Source: Batkoa obscura (Eukaryota). Taken from it: DNA of 64,000 bases. Where the stretch lies: assembly GCA_030770535.1 (NCBI GenBank), contig JASVEC010000017.1, positions 744,001-808,000 on the forward strand, given 5' to 3'. Below the pieces are notes generated by a model. It saw only the letters and a list, made by a program, of their open reading frames with translations, did not search any database and was not told the DNA's origin. This document shows, one piece after another, positions 52,179 to 64,000 of the stretch (positions are counted from its first letter, which is position 1; every line of letters starts with the position of its first letter). A program made the translations under genes and the position numbers.

Positions 52179-52295
52179 AAGATGAAATTGAAATAAATAT
52201 AATGTTATTATGTTATTATTATATTATTATTATATATTAATTAAATCAACTTTATAAAATCATTTTTCATCATCTAAATACTATTATTATATTGA

Positions 52296-53903
52296 TTAAA
52301 TAGTCATTAAAGTACTTCTCCTTCTACCATTAGGAAAAACAATAACTGTAGATATTAATAAACCCATTGTAATAGATAAACTAATGATTATCATTTGTAA
52401 AGCAAAATTAGCACCATCTTGAGAATTTTGTTCAAAAAAAGCAGAAGAGCCTTTAACACCTAAAGAACCTGGTACAATTAATAGAATAGAACTTAACAAT
52501 GGAGCAATAGGTAATAAATGATTTCCGAATCGAGCATATAAATTACTTACTAATCCAACCAAAAACCCGGATAAAGCTGGAATAAGTTCATATGCTTTAA
52601 TATAAGGAGTACAAAAATAAGAAATTAAAAAGGGAATTAAACTAATAATCGCCATTGAAAACCATTGTTTGGGATGAGATAATAAATACATATTAAATGA
52701 TAAGGAAGCTAATGGAAATAATATTAAATAAAACCAAGGATTAACTGAATATTCAGTAGATCTTTGCATTATATCAATTGTCGGATCAATTAATAAATAT
52801 AATCTAGTACCTAAAGAGAATCCAAAGCCCAACATAAAAGCAATCAATAAAGCATAAAATATACGAACAGTACCACAAATGATATTTTTTGAAGCTAATT
52901 CAACCATACCAATAGTTAATGAAAGACCAGGTAATATATTAAATATAGCTGGTATTACAACTGACCAAAAAGAACAATATTGCTTTAAACAACAGGCTAT
53001 AAAAGATACAACAATAGCACTAGTTAATTCTAATACATTAGAATAACTATGAATATGTTGACAAAGATAAGACATTAATCCAACTATTATACCTAATAAA
53101 AAAGAGACACCTGCATCCACCCAATTACCTTGAAATGCAATAGGAGATAAAGCAAATGAACCTATACCATAAGCTAATACTTCTAATATTGGCGGATAGC
53201 AATTTTTACTATTAACAATAATATCTAATTCATTGATTGCCTCCGATAATTCGATTTCATCTTTTATAACTTGATTATAAATTAAGATTGTACGATTTAA
53301 TTTGTCCATATTATAACCATAACTCATTGTAATTAAATGAGTCTCAGAAGTGTGAGTTATTGAGTCATGAAAGCAGATAAGTATTAAATTAGGTAAATAA
53401 AAGAAGGAGGCATTTAAATCTAATACATTAGCTATTGATTTTAAATTAGATTCTAATCGATGAGAAGGTGCTCCATATTGAACAAAACATTGCCCACATT
53501 TAATTAAAAACTTTTGTCGATTTAATAAACTTTCAATAGCTGCTGTTACTTTTTTGATTTTAATTTGATAATTCCCATCTTCAATTGTTTGAATCCCGAA
53601 AAATTGATTCAAGGATTTATAACTATTACTATTCCTTTGTAATTTTTCATTATATTGTTTAATATCTTGAATAAACGATTTATTTTTTTTTGGTGTGGAT
53701 GGGAGGGATATTGAAGGAGAGATTTCTTTACCCATTAAACTATTTAGACTTAATAAATTGGACAAAATACCTTCTCCTTTATTGAGATTATACTGTGTGG
53801 GTAAACTATCTGTTATATCCTCCATTTCAATTATATGATTAGGTATTGTGTTAGTTATATCTTCATCATCTCCAATGGTAAATTTTGGACGTTTAGGTAA
53901 CAT
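52296..53903 (-). CDS. ThrE/Prm10-family (DUF1212) membrane protein, intronless
   Basis: YGAPSHRLE, LPGLSLT..EL, GTVR, LIVPGS; about 10 TM segments. Confidence 0.88.
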   Translation of the reverse strand: MLPKRPKFTIGDDEDITNTIPNHIIEMEDITDSLPTQYNLNKGEGILSNLLSLNSLMGKEISPSISLPSTPKKNKSFIQDIKQYNEKLQRNSNSYKSLNQFFGIQTIEDGNYQIKIKKVTAAIESLLNRQKFLIKCGQCFVQYGAPSHRLESNLKSIANVLDLNASFFYLPNLILICFHDSITHTSETHLITMSYGYNMDKLNRTILIYNQVIKDEIELSEAINELDIIVNSKNCYPPILEVLAYGIGSFALSPIAFQGNWVDAGVSFLLGIIVGLMSYLCQHIHSYSNVLELTSAIVVSFIACCLKQYCSFWSVVIPAIFNILPGLSLTIGMVELASKNIICGTVRIFYALLIAFMLGFGFSLGTRLYLLIDPTIDIMQRSTEYSVNPWFYLILFPLASLSFNMYLLSHPKQWFSMAIISLIPFLISYFCTPYIKAYELIPALSGFLVGLVSNLYARFGNHLLPIAPLLSSILLIVPGSLGVKGSSAFFEQNSQDGANFALQMIIISLSITMGLLISTVIVFPNGRRRSTLMTI

Positions 53904-54829
53904 AATTGAAAGTATTATGAATTTTATTTTATTTTAAAAAAGGATTATCCTTTTTTTATATTTTTTTATTAAGTATTTATATACTTTAATTTAGTTTTTT
54001 TAATTTCATATTTGAAAATATTTTCGGATATTAGCTTTATTAGTGTTCAGGGTTTATAATTTTAAGTCTTGAATATTGATTGGTGGTATTGAACCACATG
54101 TCTAATATTCAATTTATTTGAAATTCAAATTTTAGATCCAAAGATCAACTTTAAATTAATCAGATAGTATTCTTCTTAAGAAAAATAATTCTTTAAGAGA
54201 TAGTCTAATTTCATATTTATTTTGCACCATTTTTCGATATTTTATTGAATAGAATTCTTCCTTTTAAACTTCTTCACCCCATCACCCCATATCATTACGT
54301 GATCTATAAGCTTATATTTACAAATATAAATTAATATTTTCTATTTTATTACTGTTAATTCTTAAAGTTTAATAATAATAGAAATTGAGTAATTTATCAA
54401 TCACAATAATTAAACAATTATTAAATATGGAATAAGTGGCTAACTTCAATTTCAAGAAGAAGCTTGTGCTTTTAATTTTAAAGAAATTAATAAATTTAGA
54501 TGTTTGGTTTGAAATAAGATAAGATTTAATTTTGAATAGATTTTTACTAATATGTATACTTTTGTTAAAATTTTGTTTCTTTTGTTAACATATTTGTTTA
54601 TTTAATTTGAAATTCTATTAATCAATAACATCTTTTAGGTTCTTTTTTAGATTCAATATTTAGTTATTACTATTCAATTTTTATCGAAAATGTTCCATTT
54701 ACTTTGCTATGATTTTTGAATTATTTGGGTGAAATTCAATTTTAGTTTGGAATTAAAATTTTATTTTTACTAAATCTTTTTTTCAGTTTTATTATTTTTA
54801 CTTTATTTTATTATCTTTTAACTTAATAA

Positions 54830-54920
54830 ACGAAAGTTTTTATCTTATTTTATTACTTTTTCCATATTTGAAGCACTATTTGACTGCAAAAATTCTTAAC
54901 AAAATTCTTAAACAAAGATA
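54830..54920. mobile_element. Degenerate MITE family M
   Basis: core tttttccatatttgaagcactatttgactgcaaaaattcttaacaaaattcttaaacaaa; ends eroded. Confidence 0.45.
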
Positions 54921-55260
54921 TTTCTAAATAATTTAAATATTAAAACTATTTATAGAAATTGAATATCTATAAATAGTTCTTTAAATTTAGAACTTTATTT
55001 GATCAATTGAATCTAGTTATAAAATATTATTAAATAAATTTATCTAATATTACTTTTAGAGAATTCTTTACTTATCGAATCCGTAAGATTAAATACCAGC
55101 TACAGTGAATAGTGATCAACTAAAATATTTAATAAAAGGCATATACTATTATTACTATCTTTTTTATCAGATCCATTTAATAAATCTAACATGTCCAATA
55201 AAGCTATTCTAATTTAAGAGGCTATTTTATTTAATAAATAATTCTTATTTTAAAAGTGTT

Positions 55261-57078
55261 TCATTTTAATGAACTTTGAATCCATGGCTCTGTATCAGTA
55301 TCATAAGCAGGTGGAGGAGTAAGATAAGGAATTATAGGAACTAGAGAGTTCTTATTATTATTATCATAACAAGCTACTACTCCTAACTCATAATTACTTG
55401 TTTTTATTAATTTTTCTCCTTGATCTTTGACTGAAGTTATATTCCCCCTTAAATAAATATTAATCTATAAACAAATCAGTTATTTGAAATTTACCATGCT
55501 GCATTTGTAAAATTATGACTTCCACAATAAAACCATGAACCTGTTTTAAATCCTTCATCTTCATCTGATTTAGTTCCATTTGCTTCATCTTTTTCTGCTT
55601 TAGTTACGTTTGATCCGCTTTGTTTACTAAGCTTTAATGTCCCATAGATAGTCTACAATTATAAATTATAAATAATATAATATTTATTTAAACTTACTTT
55701 ACAATGACTTAGTGAGCCGACTCTTAAAGATATAGAATCATATAAATATTTTTTAATACTTTGTTTACATTCTTCATATTTTTTAAAATTAAAAAATATA
55801 GTTCCACCTCCCTATTTACATTAGCTTTTTCTCATTCAACTCTTCTATATACTTACCTGTGTCCCTAATAAAGAAGTAGCTACTGTTTCAGAACTAGGAA
55901 ATATCACTTTTAAGTCACTATTCGTAGCATTTGGATAAAGTTGAGCTAGAAAGCCATTTATAAATTTTGTCGTTAGAGTCCCTATTGATGACGTCTTTAT
56001 ATAAATAATATATCCGAAACTATTTTTAAAGCTATTACCTGGTACATCACATCGCCTTCAATAATTGAGTCTGCCTTAAAATGTTGATGTATCTTATCTA
56101 CAAGGTACTTACATCCTTGATTGGTTTCCTTTGGAAATGGACAAGAGGTGATTAAAGACACCTATAAAATGGTCAAAATCTGTTTTTTAAATAAAATTAA
56201 TTTTACCTTGACTAAAGAAAAATCATATTCATCAAGAGTACTATAAACCTTTTTTGGGACATGAAGTGATACTAAGAATTCTTTTAAGTCTTTAAGAAAA
56301 AGGCTATCCAAATTAGAATTATTATTATTTATCCCATCTTTCGCTTCATAATTTTTCATTCCATACATCCTATCTAATTTTGGAAAATCTTGAATAAAAA
56401 CAATCTAAATAATAATAAAATAATAAAACAATAAAATATTAAAATATCAATTTAAAATAAACTTACATTTTCTATCAAATTCCAATCGAAATCCACCTTA
56501 TTCATTATTAACTATTAATATTCAAGTATTAAATAAAATACCAAGTTAGCGGATCCTATAACAACTCTTAAAAAAGTAGGATAATATAAGAGCATAAGTT
56601 TAGCATGCATAACACCAAAGTATAGTTTAGGAGTCACTATTAAAGTTTGTTTATCTAAATTACCAACTTCACCCTGAAACATTAGATACCAATTCAAATT
56701 TCAAACAACTTTAATTACTCGCGACTTTGGTTTATGTACAACAAATATTTTGGAACAAACTTTGGGTAATTTACTTAATAACCACCCAGTATCCATAGCA
56801 TAACTTGAAAATAATCCTTTTTGAAGGTGGTTCTAATAACTTAAATTTAAATTTAATTATTTTAATTATTTATTTACTTTATTCACTAAATCTTCAAACT
56901 TAACTCCATCATCATGATATTGTAAATAGGTTAATGAGAATTTTCCATCTAAATAACTAGGCCGATAGATACATTGAATTTCTTTTATTGAGTCATCATC
57001 GCTACTTAATACTATAATATCTTTTACAAATACTATTATTTTTGCTTCTTTTTTACTATTTTTGAATACCTTTTTCAT
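55261..57078 (-). CDS. TDP1: Tyrosyl-DNA phosphodiesterase 1, multi-exon
   Basis: two HKN motifs MHAKLM..GSANL and SHCK..GSHNFTNAAWG; TSSIG, NYELGV, PW. Confidence 0.9.
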
Positions 57079-57435
57079 TCATTTTAAATAAAAATAAAAG
57101 TAAAAATGAAATGACATTTTACATTAATTAGAACTTTTATAAGAAATGAAGACATTTTTTATTCAAAAGTAAGTGTTTGTAGTAAAGAATTATGAGGAAA
57201 AGCTCTAAGTAATAAGTTTTGGAAAAATGCATTTAGAAACAGAACGATTTCTAAATAGATTAATTGAGCTCTTTATATTGACAATTGTATATATAAAACT
57301 TAAGATCAAGTATATGTCTTGTTGAGAATTGTTGTAATTTATTAATTTAAATGACTTACATTTTTAAATAAATTAAAATAGAATCAATAAAAGTGACCGA
57401 AGTTAAAATTTTAATATTCTTACTCTTCACATTTA

Positions 57436-58490
57436 TTAAACTGGTGTGTCTTGTAATTTTTCACTTGAAATAGCGTATTGGCTTCAAATTGGTAATCTAA
57501 TAGTATAAGGCTATATAAATTAGGACATGATGTAGATAAAGATTGAAAAAATCCAACCTTAAACTTAACCTTTGTGCCTTTAATGCTATTATATCATCTC
57601 TCTTTTTTGGATAAGTCTCTTTGATTGAAGAACATTATACTTTTTGTCTTTCATGTTTAAGTAAGTAATCATTGACATCATACAATATTAAGTCTTTTAA
57701 GTAGGATGTACTATGGAATGTCACTATAGAATCCCTTGCAATATAAAGAGATTTAAGTTTTAGAGAATCATTTGGATTTAGGGTCTTCTTTTTTAAAGTA
57801 CTTATTTATATATATTCGATATCTAATTTACTTAATTGAATAAGCTTCCTATTTAATAAAAAATTGAAATCCCTCAATTGAGCTCGAATTCCGTCTAATG
57901 TGAGTATTCTCAAATGATCCAATTTTTCCATTAGTCTCCTAAAGTATAAACCTATTTCATGGAAGCAACAATCCATCAATAATGTGGTAATAGTTGATGT
58001 TGAATGTGGCAATATTGAATTTGTAAAACAATTATTCAACTTTTCAAACTCGAAAATATTCCATTCTTAAATTATTTCTTTAATATACATTCCATTCCGA
58101 ATCACATACTTCTCAGTTGTTGTATCATTAATTTGGTTTAAATAGTAAGACCTATTAGCCGGATATTTTTGAACTAATTTTTTTTAGTATTCCTTTAAAG
58201 ACAGGTGAAGTTTTATATGGTTTAAAAGCATTGAGGTACAGATAGGCAATTTTGAAATTGTACTAATATTCGGGTATTTTATATATTGACTATTTTTTGA
58301 ACTATTTTCTTCATTTGTTTGTCATAATAATTACAATCTGCAATAATGTCTTCTCAGAATATAGGTACTGTTATCATTCCTCTTTTTTATACCAATGTAA
58401 TATATTAAGATTATCTATATCTGAGAGATATTATAAAACTTTTTTAGTTACTTGGTTTCCCAACTTTTCAAATTTAAAGTTATTGTTCAT
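57436..58490 (-). pseudogene. F-box/LRR-like pseudogene
   Basis: F-box-like start FEKLGNQVTKKVL*YLSDID, LxxLxL segments (LRILTL, LSKLDI, LKSLYI), several in-frame stops. Confidence 0.5.
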
Positions 58491-58819
58491 TTTTACATTA
58501 GTTTAAAAAATAAAAAATAAAAAAATTTGTCTTATGTAATATTTCATTTTGTTTTTAAAAACTATGAAATCTAATAAATAATGTGATTGAATAGCTAAGT
58601 TGCTATGATACTATTGGCTATATTTTTTAAAAGCTATATGGGGATGTCCGAATTGGTTTCAGAATTTAGCTAAAAATTAATCCAAATTTTAAGTTTTTAA
58701 ATTTATAAGTCTTTAATGTATGATCAGCTAAATTTAAAAAGCTTAAAACTAAATATAAAGATTTAACTTAAAGACTTATTTTGTTTATTTTGTTTATTTT
58801 ATTTTTTTAATTATATGTT

Positions 58820-59180
58820 TGTGAAATTTAGTACTCAGTAATTGGAGTTAAAGGCAGTTCTAGTTTAATTAACTGGCCGTAAGTCAAAAGCCCTTAGTTT
58901 ATGTAGCTAAGATAGACTTAAATCAATAGGAGTAATACACAATAAGCTACGAGCTATGTAAAATAAATAGAATACAGGATACTACTGTAAAATCTACATA
59001 AGATATTGTCAGAAAGATTTAGTGGCTTTATTAAAAGTAAAATATTAGGGAACAATTCAATTAAAAAGCCTTGAGCTATTATGTTGAAGAATCTATTTTA
59101 TACTCCAACTAGTTTTGTAAACAAGTTAAGTGATTATTATGCGATAATCAATCACAGAGCTGATGAACCGATATTTCACA
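58820..59180 (+). mobile_element. Family-L solo-LTR-like copy, internally deleted, nested in the transposon 5' region
   Basis: TGTGAAA...TTTCACA termini; homologous to 2485-2952. Confidence 0.7.
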
Positions 59181-59950
59181 GCGTTTTGTATTTTTTATTG
59201 AATGTTCAATAGATATATAATATATAGTTATATAATTATATAATTATTTGACTTTATTTTTTATTAAAATAAAAACAAAATGCAAGCTTTTATAACTAAA
59301 CTTCGAAATGGAATTTCTAAAAACTTTAATACGATAGGGAGAAGTACATTATATAAACATTGTAATTCATTTATATCAATTTTAACAACTATTCACAATA
59401 ACCCAGAGTTTATGGAATTTTATAATAAAACAAAAAAAGGAAAAGAAATGTCATTAAAGTTTACTATTAATAATAACAGACTTAATCAAGCAATGTATAA
59501 AATTAGTGTTTTAAGGGAAATAGGAAATAAAAACCAACAAGTAGCATTATTATCGACTATAGCTTCAATATATTCTTTTGATGAATGTAAAAGTTTTGGA
59601 TTTAATATAAGTAAAAATCAATATGATTATTCAAAAATAATAATAATAAAATACCAACGTTACGAACTACTACCAAAAATACAAAAAAAATTAAAGATGA
59701 GCAAATCGAGATTATTATACAATATTTACTTGATAATTCAACTATTTCATCAAGATTTAGTAAAAAAAATAATGATAAATATTCGTCAGAGAATATATAT
59801 ACATTAAATAAAAGTAGAAGAATGATATATAGTAAATATTTTAATGATTTAAAAGATAAAACAGTAGCTAGGTCAACATTATTTAAATATATACCAAATA
59901 ATTTTAAAAATCCAGCAAGAAAAACAGATTTATGTAATATATGTGCCCAG

Positions 59951-60416
59951 TGTGAAATATTGCTTTATTTAGCTCTCGGATTGATTATAACGCAACAATC
60001 ACTTAAGTTGCTGTGTTCTCAAGTTCAAATACAATCAAGTCAGAGTCCCTTATTTTGATTTGCTGCGAGAATTTATAACTTCATATTGCAAGGAATAACA
60101 TCCTCTCGTATTAATATCCATATTTATTGGAGTATAAAAGAGATTCTTCAATATGATAACTCCAGGCTTTTTTAATTGGATTACTCCCTGATAACGTATC
60201 ATTAATAAAGTCACTAAGTCTTTCTGACAACATCTGATATAGATTTTATAGTAGTATCTTCCATTGTATTTGTTTTACATAATTTGTAGCTTACTACATA
60301 CTATTTCTATTAAGTTAAGTCTACCTTAGTTACATAAACTAAGACCCTTCGACTCAAGGCAAGTTAATTAAGCAAGAGTAGCTTTTAACTTCGACCACTA
60401 AGTATCAACTTTCACA
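59951..60416 (-). mobile_element. Family-L solo-LTR-like copy inserted in the transposase
   Basis: TGTGAAA...TTTCACA with CCAG on both flanks; excision restores the reading frame. Confidence 0.85.
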
Positions 60417-61055
60417 CCAGTATACAGTTAGAAAAAAGTTATTTGAAAATAAAATAAATACAGCGACAAAAAATAAAGCAGAGATAGAGGAATCTTTTAA
60501 TAAAGAAAAAAGGTTATATAAATTACATGAATTTTGTGTTGATACTCAAAAAAACATACTTAATGAAACTATTGAAAAATTAAATAATAGAAGTTGTATA
60601 ATAATTTTAGACTTTAAACAAAATATGGAAATAGGAACAAGACCAGATCCAATAAACTTAGATCATTATAATAAACAAGCTATATCAGTATTAGGTTTTG
60701 ACGTTTTGTATTTAAAAAACGATAAAACAATAGGCAAAGTTTATTTTGATTATTTATCTGAAATATTAAATCATGATTCAGCATATGCAGGAGATTGTTT
60801 AATTGACTTAATATCTAAAGAGCCTTTATTTAAAAAGTTTACAAAAATTAACATATAGGCAGATACAGGATATCATTTTAAATTTCAAGATTTTTTACAT
60901 TATATATTTAAAGGAATTTATAAAATAAATAGTAGTTTAAATATTGATCTTAGTTTTTTTGCTGAGCATCATGGAAAAAGTATAATTGATGGACATTTTG
61001 GAAATCTTTCACAGTGGAAAAATAGTTTTGAAGCATTAGATAAAATAGAAGATAT

Positions 61056-61154
61056 GAGGATGTTTTTTTTGGTTTCATTATTTTTTCTATCTTTTAAGTG
61101 CTATTTAAGTGGAAAAACTGTTAGTGAAATTTTTAAATACAAAAATACATCCCC
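61056..61154. mobile_element. MITE family M inserted in the transposase
   Basis: GAGGATG...ACATCCCC with ATAT on both flanks; excision gives IEDIDQLISKLE. Confidence 0.9.
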
Positions 61155-62863
61155 ATATTGATCAATTAATTTCAAAACTTGAGATTTTTATTTGTGAACA
61201 TAATAGAGTTAATAACTCAACTGTCAATAATGGGAAAACAAATATAACTTTTAAAAAGTATGAAAGAAACAAAGATATAAAAGTAAAAGTAAAAATAAAA
61301 ATAAAAATAAAAATAAAAATAAAAGGTATTAGAAAGTATTCACATTTTATTAAACGTGGTAAAAAACTACACTGTTATCCAGTATCTGATAGATCAAAAA
61401 AAAGCGATATGATCCCAATTAAAGTTATAGAGTCTATAGAGGATAGAAAAATTAAAAGGTCAATCCCAGCTTATCTTACAAAAATAACTGAAAATTTAAA
61501 AGTTTCAATATTTAGTAAGCAAATAAGTAGCTTATTAGATGATAGAAATCAATTATTAAATGTTGATATTACTTAAATTATTAATAGCTAAGTTAATAAA
61601 TAATCAAAGAGCAAGTAGTTGTAATAGTAAGTAAAAACTATTATTATACTGCTTGTGTTACATAGGGATGGTTAATTATAGTTTTGGGGCTAACCACCCC
61701 CTCCCATGCAGCTATTTATTAACTTAGCGATATATTAATAATGTAATTATAACATTAAAATAATTTATTCATTTGGTAGCAAATCTGCAGTGTTAAATAT
61801 AAAACAGTTAATAATAAATATTTCTTAATAAAGTTATATAAAAGTATATATTTATTTACATATTACAACTTTGACTAATATCACTATACAGGCTATATTA
61901 GTAAAATCTTTGCTAATCCAGAAATTTATATTAAATTTAATAAAAATTCTGCTAATTAACAATATAAATTATAACAAAATAATTTAAAACTGTGTCAGGT
62001 ACTTTTGGCTTTTAATAAAGAATTTATTTTTATAGAATTTTAAGCAAAGTTTTCAAAATATAAATATTTAAAAATTGGATAAAAAAATGAAACCAATTCG
62101 GACACCCCTATATGCTCTATAGAGTGCAGAGTATTTTAATTTAAGAATGTTGTCCTAACCTGGTACTTACACAGTTAATTAGTAATGGAATATGCGTTTT
62201 CATTAGCTTGAATAAAATAATTCTTTATCAAAGAGGATTTTATATGAGTGCTGAATACTCTAACCTAATATTAATTTTTTTTACTACCAAATGTGGTACT
62301 TTAAAAAGACTTTTAATTAATTTAGAATACTGCTGTTTTATTTTAAATTACAAACATATCACAGAAACTAATGTATTAAGTACTTTTACAAATAAGGTGA
62401 CTAAACATAATATCCAAATACATAGCCAAACATTAAGTCAAACATTGTTCCTTTAATATTTTTTAATTTATCTTTATTCGAATAATTGAATATTTTGCTT
62501 AAATTCTCCGAATTCTGAATTCTAAAAAAGTTATTGTCCATACATAATTATTTGGAATTCTATTTAACTTATACTAACTCCTTTTTTACAACATAGTTTA
62601 GATTTTTGTTAAACTGATTTAATTTATGTTTTTCAACCTGTGTTTTATAAATGTACTCTAAACTTTCAAAGCTATGGTAAACAGGATTAAAACAACGTTT
62701 ACAAGTTCTATAATCTTTAATTAAAATAAATCAAGTGAACCGTATATTAAGAGTAAACTAACTTAATTTAAACTAAATAGATTTTAAAGAACAAAAGGTA
62801 TATATTGAAAAAAAATCAGAAAAAAATCAAAATAAAAGTTTAGCTTTATTGACAACTATTGTA

Positions 62864-63205
62864 ATGCGTCTCAATCAACCAATATTGGCAGAAAGTTCTT
62901 ATGTTGAAGATATCCAACTTAAATCGCACTATTTATTTGATCTAAATATACAACACAGTATCACCGAAATAATGTTGTTTGGAACAGATGAAAATAAACC
63001 ACAGTTACCTTTAATCGTGAAAAAAACCTACAATTATCGGATTGCACTCATAGCCTTATTAAGTATGTTATTCATAGCTATAGGAGTTATCCTCTATTTT
63101 TTTGCAAAACCTTCTCTGTTAGCATATGCTGTTTTAACTTCTCTTGTTATCTTTTTACTTTTAGCCCATGAGATCTATGTAATTTATAACCTATTTTGTA
63201 ATTAA
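62864..63205 (+). CDS. Hypothetical small two-TM protein
   Basis: open frame from ATG 62864 with two C-terminal hydrophobic helices; no recognisable family. Confidence 0.35.
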   Translation: MRLNQPILAESSYVEDIQLKSHYLFDLNIQHSITEIMLFGTDENKPQLPLIVKKTYNYRIALIALLSMLFIAIGVILYFFAKPSLLAYAVLTSLVIFLLLAHEIYVIYNLFCN

Positions 63206-63794
63206 TACCTAATTAAATTAATTTTAGGGTTACATTCATTTTATAAAAAGCATCAAAGATACAAATACTTACATCAAAAGAAACAAAAATGCAGTAGCTA
63301 GATTTCGTATAATTGAACAAAGGGATAGGGTTATTATCCCCTTAAATCCAAATGCCCCTCAAAGCTTAGGTGAACCTCATAATGTTTATACTAACCCAAA
63401 GTGGTACCATCTTCCTCAAATGTTTGGCCCTAGCTATTGAATTAAATTTTTATTGTTTTTAATTATTTATAAGTTGAAAGTCGGAGATTTTGTTCAATAC
63501 ACCTTCAATAATATTTGACTGGCTTTTTGATTTTATAAGAGTTTAAAACACAATCAATCACTTTTTTATCATTAAATCCTGTTTATATCACAATACAATT
63601 AATTTGGTTTATATTTGTTGGGATTTTAGTTCAATTGTAGTTTTTTAAAAGTTGAAACGTTAACTAATTTATAATGCGCAAAATATAAAATAACTGTGAA
63701 ATTGTGTAATATAGTTATCCCAGAATTTTTACCTATGGGCCAAAAATATGTTTATAGATGAAGCATTTATAAGGTTCTTTATAATAATGCATAT

Positions 63795-64000
63795 AGGGGT
63801 GTCCGAATTGGTTTCATTTTTTTATCCAATTTTTAAATATTTATATTTTGAAAACTTTGCTTAAAATTCTATAAAAATAAATTCTTTATTAAAAGCCAAA
63901 AGTACCTGACACAGTTTTAAATTATTTTGTTATAATTTATATTGTTAATTAGCAGAATTTTTATTAAATTTAATATAAATTTCTGGATTAGCAAAGATTT
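63795..64000 (-). mobile_element. Right end of a second, inverted copy of the Sola2-like transposon (runs off the window)
   Basis: reverse complement of ~61904-62109 with no difference seen; preceded by ATAT. Confidence 0.88.

Larger units (their letters stand above)
59280..61576 (+). pseudogene. Disrupted DDD-type transposase
   Basis: RKTDLCNIC, IILDFKQN, I*ADTGYHFK, FFAEHHGKSIIDGHFG; frameshift near 59635, stop at 60856, two insertions. Confidence 0.85.
58640..62109 (+). mobile_element. Full-length defective DNA transposon, Sola2-like
   Basis: 22-bp TIRs GGGGATGTCCGAATTGGTTTCA / TGAAACCAATTCGGACACCCCT, ATAT duplicated on both flanks, internal disrupted transposase. Confidence 0.85.

Noticed and set aside
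55848..55860. ATACTTACCTG resembling the U1 snRNA 5' end
   Set aside because: It is the reverse complement of a TDP1 splice donor (CAGGTAAGTAT)

Overview
This is very AT-rich, gene-dense eukaryotic DNA with short (~40-60 nt) GT-AG introns. An intronless EF-like (EFL) gene plus secreted proteases suggest an early-diverging fungus, probably Entomophthoromycotina (Conidiobolus/Neoconidiobolus-like; inference). The core (5.6-57 kb) holds about 20 genes: two M28 aminopeptidases flanking EFL, a subtilisin, a P450, tRNA-Pro(AGG), TRM2, UXT, panB, two questin-oxidase-like paralogs, an AAGAB-like gene, an NDT80-family factor, ARS2/SERRATE, MAPR, MOCS2B, SART3, a metacaspase, HACL1, a ThrE/Prm10 gene and TDP1. 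Three spliced genes that the ORF track fragments resemble, by eye, animal NELF-A, SNAPC5 (SNAP19) and HAUS2. Both ends are repeat-rich. They contain a 3.5-kb Sola2-like DNA transposon whose transposase can be rebuilt by removing nested insertions, a ~99-bp MITE family with 4-bp AWWT target duplications, and a ~465-bp TG..CA solo-LTR-like family. Two inverted copies of the latter appear to have mediated a local inversion. All homology calls come from motif recognition and remembered sequences, not database searches.
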